Shown one piece after another: positions 58,458-64,000 of a stretch of 64,000 bases of DNA (position 1 is its first letter; every line of letters starts with the position of its first letter). The DNA is taken from positions 1,856,001-1,920,000 of the forward strand of contig CBDCXR010000004.1 of assembly GCA_965223845.1 (NCBI GenBank), read 5' to 3'. Position numbers and translations under genes: made by a program. Origin of the DNA: Planctomycetota bacterium. GTDB lineage: Bacteria > Planctomycetota > UBA8108 > SXIK01. The notes beneath the pieces were generated by a model. That model saw nothing but the letters and a program-made list of their open reading frames with translations. It did not search any database and was not told the DNA's origin.

Positions 58458-58805
58458 CTACGCCTCCGACCGTCCATCTTCCACGGACGCGCGCAGCCTC
58501 TCGATCGCCTCGTCCCACTGAGTCGAGATTCGCGCGAGGTAGTCCTTGGCGCGCGCCACCGAGTTGGGCCGAATGGCGAAGCGGCTCTCTCTCCCGACGC
58601 GCCTACGGTTCACGATGCCGGCATCTTTCAGCACCTCGAGATGCTTGGTGACCGCCTGGCGCGTCAGAGCGAGTCCTTCGGTCAATTCGGTGATCGAATG
58701 CTGCCCGCCGTCACCGAGGCGCGAAACCAGTTCGAGGCGTGTGATGTCACCCAGAGCCGCGAAGACTTGCGCGGGGCTTCTGCCGCGCGCGCTAGCCCGC
58801 GACAT
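58458..58805 (-). CDS. ArsR/SmtB family transcriptional regulator
   Basis: VFAALGD.TRL..L..SITEL..LTRQAVTKHLEVL..AG..R.GRE. Confidence 0.93.
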   Translation of the reverse strand: MSRASARGRSPAQVFAALGDITRLELVSRLGDGGQHSITELTEGLALTRQAVTKHLEVLKDAGIVNRRRVGRESRFAIRPNSVARAKDYLARISTQWDEAIERLRASVEDGRSEA

Positions 58806-59250
58806 GAACGGCCACGTTCTCGGCCTGCATGTCCCAACCCTCTCTGTTCATGCGCAGAATCTCTAGCCGCTTCGATTCCGGGAACTGGAGAAAACCCGAT
58901 TCCATGATGGTGAGGCGAGTGCCTTGGTCCGTCGGTTCCAGTCGAAACTCGACGGTCACCTTCGCTCCGTCGTCGTACTCGCTCTCGGGATCGATTGCGC
59001 TGGGTGGCCAGGAGAAGACGAACAACTGCTCGTGCTCCATTCGCTCGGTGACGGACTCCCACTTCATGTGCTCGTGGCCCGGGTAGGTGATATGACCCGT
59101 GTTGCGCACGCCCACCTTGAAGGGACCGTCCAAGGCGACTCTGAACCACTGCCCGAACTCTTCGTGATCAGTGAGAGCACGCCACACTCGCGATACCGGC
59201 GCCTTGAGGTCGACCACCTTGACGATTCGATCTTGGTCATTCGAGGTCAT
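58792..59250 (-). CDS. SRPBCC/AHSA1 (START-like) domain protein
   Basis: APVSRVWRALTD..F..WF, FSW.P, VEFRLE..GTRLTI.ESGF, N.EGW; GGAAGGAG SD before ATG 59250. Confidence 0.92.
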   Translation of the reverse strand: MTSNDQDRIVKVVDLKAPVSRVWRALTDHEEFGQWFRVALDGPFKVGVRNTGHITYPGHEHMKWESVTERMEHEQLFVFSWPPSAIDPESEYDDGAKVTVEFRLEPTDQGTRLTIMESGFLQFPESKRLEILRMNREGWDMQAENVAVHVAG

Positions 59251-59272
59251 GGGGAATCTCCTTCCGCTGACT

Positions 59273-59316
59273 ATCGTATGCGGAGAATCTCCCTTACGCA
59301 ACCTTTTAGTTGCGTA
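59273..59316 (-). promoter_or_regulatory. Sigma70-like promoter with overlapping ArsR operator
   Basis: Minus strand -35 TTGCGT (59301-59296), 17-bp spacer, -10 TACGAT (59278-59273); palindrome TACGCAAC-N6-GTTGCGTA at 59295-59316. Confidence 0.75.
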
Positions 59317-59570
59317 TTGTGTGCTGCAGATAGCGCAGGGAAGACGGATGGTGACCGGCCTTGCTTTCAGTGCGTCCGTCGATGTGGGATCGGCTGAGGG
59401 AGGAGAGGTTTGTAAACCGACGAGTGTCGTACTCCAAAGCTTGCGGTCTCCTCACGAGCGACAGGGCTGTAAGCACTGGCCCTGATCTTTTCGCAATGCC
59501 GGAAACCGACCGTTTCACGCCGTCGGGCGATCGTGCTCCGCGCAATCAAGTGAGGGCGCTGTAACTCGGA

Positions 59571-59619
59571 GCAAGGCATCCCTCTTCCGCGTCGGGACGG
59601 TGGAAGAGGGATGCCTTGC
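59571..59619 (-). terminator. Strong hairpin just downstream of the thioredoxin-like gene
   Basis: Perfect 18-bp inverted repeat GCAAGGCATCCCTCTTCC / GGAAGAGGGATGCCTTGC with a 13-nt loop, 6 nt past the stop. No clear U-tract. Confidence 0.6.
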
Positions 59620-59625
59620 GATGGA

Positions 59626-59862
59626 TTAGGAGAGGGCGCTCAGATCGGCTCCGTGGTTGATGTGAAACGGCTGCCCGCCGATGACGAGCGCCGGGACTGA
59701 CTTGACGCCGGCGCTTTCCGCCTCGCCCAAGCGACTCTTGTCCTCTCCCAGATGGACGATCTCGATGTCGAAGCGCTCGCCGTCGAGACCTTCGGCAATC
59801 GTCTGCTCGGCTTCGACGCAAACGGGGCAACCGGCGTGATAGAAGATGGCTTTCGTGGCCAT
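59626..59862 (-). CDS. Small thioredoxin/glutaredoxin-like protein
   Basis: FYHAGCPVC active site, GVKSVPALV cis-Pro loop; AAGGAGG SD. Confidence 0.9.
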   Translation of the reverse strand: MATKAIFYHAGCPVCVEAEQTIAEGLDGERFDIEIVHLGEDKSRLGEAESAGVKSVPALVIGGQPFHINHGADLSALS

Positions 59863-59898
59863 GGATGGTCCTCCTTGTGGAAGAGATTGGGTACCTGC

Positions 59899-60558
59899 TC
59901 AGTCGGAGACGGGACGGCCCTCGCTGAACGCCGCCCATGTCTCTTGGGAATCTCTCTCGTCGGCCGATTCGAAATCGCCGCAGTCGAATCTCAAGTCCTC
60001 GTCGCCGATCGCAGCGTCTACAAATTGGCAGTGGTGCGCCTTCTTCGCCGCTCTGTGCGCATGCGGGCGAAAGTAGACGCACCCGACACACATTCGAGCG
60101 ACTGGGACTTGCCCTTGTTCCTGAAGCGACCGGATCGTCGCGACTAGACCGACGACGAGTCCGGCTTGCTGCTCGGCGCTCAGCGATTTCGCCGCAGTGA
60201 CGATCGTGGAAAGGGCGCCGGAGTCGTGGGCAGCTTCGCGTTTGCCTTTTCGAGTGAGTCGAATCGCGACGGCACGCTGGTCGTGTTCGTCGGAAGACTT
60301 CTGCACGAGGTCCTTTTCGACCAAGACTCGAACCGCCTCGCTCACGGTCCCGGGAGTGAGCCCGATCTCGCGCGCAAGGTCGCCTAAACGTAATGGACTG
60401 CCGGCGGTCGAAAGCGTTGAGAGAATCTGGGCTTGAGTCGGCGACAAACCTCTTCCGCCGGCTGCCTTCCAGGCCTCGTGCCGCAGTACCAATGAGATTT
60501 TGTGAAATCCTGCCGCCACGCGATCGGGAAGCTCTTGTCGATCGTCTCCCTTGTTCAT
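59899..60558 (-). CDS. MarR-family wHTH regulator with Cys/His-rich C-terminal extension
   Basis: GLSPTQAQIL..LAREIGLTPGTVSEAV..L..K.LV..DQR..LT..G; then MCVGCVYF..HHCQFVD..LRFDC. ATG 60558 follows GGAGGG. Confidence 0.9.
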   Translation of the reverse strand: MNKGDDRQELPDRVAAGFHKISLVLRHEAWKAAGGRGLSPTQAQILSTLSTAGSPLRLGDLAREIGLTPGTVSEAVRVLVEKDLVQKSSDEHDQRAVAIRLTRKGKREAAHDSGALSTIVTAAKSLSAEQQAGLVVGLVATIRSLQEQGQVPVARMCVGCVYFRPHAHRAAKKAHHCQFVDAAIGDEDLRFDCGDFESADERDSQETWAAFSEGRPVSD

Positions 60559-60642
60559 GAAGGAGTTCCCTCCGCTTGGCATCGATCTTCGCTGGTCTGG
60601 GGGCGCCTTCGGCAAGAAGTCCGCCGATCCTTCTTTTCACTC

Positions 60643-60674
60643 TTTAGTTTGGACTCCAAACTAAAAGCTGTCAA
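60643..60674 (-). promoter_or_regulatory. Sigma70-like promoter with perfect palindromic operator upstream of marR
   Basis: TTTAGTTTGGA-C-TCCAAACTAAA (60643-60665); minus strand TTGACA (60674-60669), 17 bp, CAAACT (60651-60646). Confidence 0.8.
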
Positions 60675-60826
60675 GCTGAATTCTCCGAGCAGTCTAGTGT
60701 TCAGCTCAGCCTCGACACGACCCGAGCGACCGACTCCGATGCGGCGCATGATGAGAAGAAGCGCGGATGCTCTCGCATCCGCGCTCAAGGGGAAACGTTC
60801 GAAGTCGAACCGCTCGGAATTTGAGA

Positions 60827-62317
60827 TCAGAGAGCTCCGCTCACCGCAGCCGCCATGCGGTCCAGCGCGGCCTGAATCTTTTGGAGACCCTCGACCGTTT
60901 TCCAGTCCCAGAGCAGGGAGTCCGCTTCTTCGAGGAGAGCTCCCGCCGCGTAGAGCTCCGATTCGTCGACCCCCGGGATCTCCCAGGTGGCGTAGAGGCT
61001 CGGCATCGCGACGTCGTAGAGGCAGAGCTCTGCCGCGGCGTAAACGGCGTCCTGGACACCGGCGACTTCCTCCTCGAAGCCCTGCTCGTCCTCGATCGCG
61101 ATGACCTCGGCTGAGAACGCGAGCAACGCCGCGTCGAGGAAGTGGCCCGTCGCTTCCGACTCGAGGGGGATTCGCTCCGCCAAGCTTTGCGGCGATTGCG
61201 GGAGGACCAACTGACCCGCGGCTTCGTCGACGTGAGCGACCGCACCTTCCGCCGCGTAAACATCTCCGAAGCCCGAGTCCATCGCCGTCCTGATCGCACC
61301 GGTGTTCGAGTAGAGCGGCTCCATCGCTTCGAGACCGAGCTCCGCGTCCATTCGGAGCTCCGCGATGTAGAGGTCCAGCTCGAGAACTCGCGAGATCCAC
61401 TCACGGTAGTGAGCGACGCTCGGCCCCTGGGTCGCGAACTGCGCCGCGTCGGTGACATCCGAAGGTTTTCCGCTGGTGAGACCGAAGACGCAATACTCGC
61501 CGTCTTCTTCCACGAGGAATCCGGTACCCGAGTCGAGCGCGTTCATCTTGGTCTCCGAGGCGAGCGGAGGGACCGTGGCGTTGTCGCCGAACGGATCGTA
61601 GCCTTGAATGTCGACATCAAAGCGCACCGTGCGGCCGTTCGCTTCCCCGTAGCCGCTCACCGCGTTCTCGCCGCGACGCATGATGCCGTAGCGCGTGTCG
61701 AGTCCCTTGTCGCTCGTGTTGTCGGAAGGATTCTCGTTGTTGCCGAAATCGAATCCGCTTCGGTGGTCGGCTCCTGCGAAACCGGCGCCGGCAAAGAAGA
61801 ACTCCTGGCCCACACAGGGTTCATCCCATGCGGGTATCGCGAACTCCGAGCTCTCACCGTCGATACTGAGGATCGCGACATCACTCTCTCCGGGGAGGAT
61901 CCACGCGCTCACCACCGCGTGCGTGGTCGGGTTCCCGGCCGTGTCGAACTGGGTCACCCGGATGTCTTCAACATCGATTCCGCCGTTGAGCATCCTTTCG
62001 ACCACGTGGCGAGCGGTCAGAACGTGGCGCGCAGAACCGCCACACTCATCCGCGATCAAGGTCCCGGAGGCGGCGAAGCCACGCTTGAGGACCCAAAAGT
62101 CGAGGAACGTACCGACGGAGAGCTTCCCCTCGGCTTCGATGCGAACGGCCGGTGTCACTTCGTACGACTCCGGAGCCGGCTTGGTGGCCTCGTAGAACGA
62201 CGCACCGTCCTGGGGAACGTCCGGGTCGATGGTGCGGGAGGCTCTCGAGACGTTGGGGCCGAAGACGACCGCGACGGCGAGGCAGCAGGACATGAGCTTC
62301 GAGTTTTTCGCGAACAT
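60827..62317 (-). CDS. Secreted trypsin-like (S1) serine protease with C-terminal helical domain
   Basis: SGTLI..HVLTARHV (His), SDVAIL (Asp), ALDSGTG (Ser); signal peptide; AAGGAG SD before ATG 62317. Confidence 0.78.
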   Translation of the reverse strand: MFAKNSKLMSCCLAVAVVFGPNVSRASRTIDPDVPQDGASFYEATKPAPESYEVTPAVRIEAEGKLSVGTFLDFWVLKRGFAASGTLIADECGGSARHVLTARHVVERMLNGGIDVEDIRVTQFDTAGNPTTHAVVSAWILPGESDVAILSIDGESSEFAIPAWDEPCVGQEFFFAGAGFAGADHRSGFDFGNNENPSDNTSDKGLDTRYGIMRRGENAVSGYGEANGRTVRFDVDIQGYDPFGDNATVPPLASETKMNALDSGTGFLVEEDGEYCVFGLTSGKPSDVTDAAQFATQGPSVAHYREWISRVLELDLYIAELRMDAELGLEAMEPLYSNTGAIRTAMDSGFGDVYAAEGAVAHVDEAAGQLVLPQSPQSLAERIPLESEATGHFLDAALLAFSAEVIAIEDEQGFEEEVAGVQDAVYAAAELCLYDVAMPSLYATWEIPGVDESELYAAGALLEEADSLLWDWKTVEGLQKIQAALDRMAAAVSGAL

Positions 62318-62764
62318 GACGCTTCTCCTTCGATCGGGCTCCCGGGGGAGCGACTTCGGGTTCTCCCCAACGTTGCAAGAACGGCGAGCGAAAGCGTTTC
62401 TTGCCGCCCGGTTCTTGCGACGTTGGGGTTGTGCCAGACCACGCGGCCTGGCTGCCGCGACGGCTCCTTGCCGTCTGCCTCTGAACGCGACGTCCCGATC
62501 GATAGGCCCTACGGTTTTTTTCCGGAGGGATCGAATTTGTTTCGTGCCCCGGAGATCCCGCACTCCGCGGGAGATCCGCGCATGCCGGAAGAAGAATGCT
62601 AGGCTTCTTTGCGTCCCGGCGCCCTTTTTCTCCTCCCGGCATTCTCAGCAAGAGCCTGCGGGAGGAAATGCGGGCTAGAGCGAGCGACGGTGCCGAGGCC
62701 GCCGCGAACAGGGACTCCGCCGCGGTCGATCACGATCGCGCTGGGCGCCCCGTTGCGAGAGCAC

Positions 62765-63352
62765 TCACTCCGACCCGGTCGATCGAAAATGCCGGTGGAG
62801 CCAGGCGCGAGCCATTCTCCAGTCCTTCTCGATCGTCTTCGGCGAGACGCCCAGCTCTGCGGCCACTTCCTCGACGGTGAGGCCTGAGTAAAAGCGCAAG
62901 CGAACCACCTGAGCGTGGCGCTCATCGAGCTGGGCGAGCTCGTTCAGCGCCTCCTCGAGCGCGAGCACGTCCGCGGGGTCGACGTCGGTCTTTCCGGCGA
63001 GCATGTCCTCATGGAGCTCGACGGCCGGTGGCTTGTCACCGCCTCGCTTGAGGCGCTTCTTCGCTCGCCCGTGGTCGAGGAGAATCCGCCGCATCTCGAG
63101 TCCGGCTACGGCAAGAAAATGCGTGCGGCCTTTCCAATCGACGCGCGACTGATCCACGAGCCGGAAGTAGGCCTCGTGCACGAGGGCGGTTGGTTGAAGC
63201 GTGTGATTCACGCGTTCTCCCCGAAGGTGGTTTGAGGCGAGCTTTTGAAGATGTGTATACGCAACTTTCACCAGATCGTCCGCCGCCTTCGCGTCTCCAC
63301 CCATCGCTTTCGAAAGAGTCATCGTCGTCTTGGCGGGGTCGAGATCCGGCAT
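62765..63352 (-). CDS. ECF sigma factor, TIGR02999/ECF43-like
   Basis: GD..AADDL...Y..L..LA..L..ER..HTLQPTALVHEAY.RL..W..R.HF..MRRIL.D..R..KRGG; VVRLRFYSGL..E.A..L..S..T..DW..ARAWL. Confidence 0.95.
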   Translation of the reverse strand: MPDLDPAKTTMTLSKAMGGDAKAADDLVKVAYTHLQKLASNHLRGERVNHTLQPTALVHEAYFRLVDQSRVDWKGRTHFLAVAGLEMRRILLDHGRAKKRLKRGGDKPPAVELHEDMLAGKTDVDPADVLALEEALNELAQLDERHAQVVRLRFYSGLTVEEVAAELGVSPKTIEKDWRMARAWLHRHFRSTGSE

Positions 63353-63785
63353 CGGCAACCTCAGGAAAAACGGTAGAGCTCGGCGAACCATCGGGGCGTT
63401 CACAAGGTCCGCTCGAGGCTCTACCCACATTCTCGAGAAGCGTATCCACGAGTCAAGCGGAGTGGGAAAGCCAGAAAGCTGTAGGTGGTCGAGGCACTTT
63501 CGGCGCGTTCATATTCGGATCCGGCGCTACGGAGAGTCGAACCTCTGCCGCGGCCGAGCTGAACGCAAGCGAGCTGGTCCTCGGCTCCGAGCACCCTTCC
63601 ACGAGCTGATCTGCGATCTCCCATCCGAGCCCCGCGAAGGAGCTTTCCCTGACATGCCGAGACAGAACCATCACCGACTCGCGCGGCTCGGAGCGTTGCC
63701 CGACGACCGTGCGCCGTGGCATCCTGAAAGGCAGGGCGATGGGGTCTCCTTCTTCCTTCGAGCCGCTCCCCACCGGACGACCTGT

Positions 63786-64000
63786 GTGACTCCTGAAGAC
63801 TTTCGCCGGGTCCGAGAGATCTTCGGCAGAGCCTGCGAATTCCCGGCTTCTGAGCGCGGGCCATTCACGCGCGCCGCCGCGGCCGGAGACGAGGACATCA
63901 TTCGAGAGGTCGAATCCTTGCTCGCGGCCGAGGATGAAGTCGTCGCATCGGAGCAGCAAAGGACTTCGCTCGGCCCCGCGGTCGTTCCCGGCCGCACGAT
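63786..64000 (+). CDS. N-terminus of probable Ser/Thr kinase (3'-truncated; not in ORF track)
   Basis: GTG 63786 opens MTPEDFRRVREIFGRACEFPASERGPFTRAAAAGDEDIIREVESLLAAEDE..PGRT, the helical leader typical of kinases paired with TIGR02999 sigmas. The kinase domain itself lies outside the window. Confidence 0.7.
   Translation, partial: MTPEDFRRVREIFGRACEFPASERGPFTRAAAAGDEDIIREVESLLAAEDEVVASEQQRTSLGPAVVPGRT

Noticed and set aside
62440-62540. Possible ECF-dependent promoter upstream of the protease (A-tract, then GTAG...TCGCGTT on the minus strand)
   Set aside because: Single instance with no reliable consensus to compare against.

Overview
High-GC bacterial DNA (by eye, not computed), very likely Planctomycetota. 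The lineage markers are a PSCyt1/DUF1549/DUF1553 + DUF1501 gene pair, two PVC-type heme-binding proteins, two membrane-fused ECF sigma factors, a TIGR02999-type ECF sigma factor and an NPYxSP-motif membrane protein. About 35 real CDS are present; most other ORFs in the track are antisense or alternate-frame shadows. I saw no rRNA, tRNA, CRISPR array or transposase. Highlights: (1) a translationally coupled gene pair encoding a Ser/Thr kinase fused to three TIR/DUF4062-like modules (11619-14282) and a 2280-aa membrane-anchored nSTAND1 NTPase with WD40, TPR, a CBM-like domain and malectin (14279-21121), a candidate NLR-like glycan-sensing system; (2) a giant copper-radical oxidase fused to a YVTN propeller and a di-heme peroxidase-like domain, followed by a CPYGLxxCW-motif partner; (3) both ECF fusion genes carry an in-frame GGAGGA-N6-ATG just before their TM helix, suggesting internal translation starts; (4) a phosphonate-catabolism trio (ADH, DUF5690, PhnZ); (5) two stress regulators with clear palindromic operators overlapping sigma70-like promoters; (6) an ECF43-like sigma factor divergent from a kinase that runs off the window end and is missing from the ORF track. 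All family assignments come from motif recognition, not database searches.
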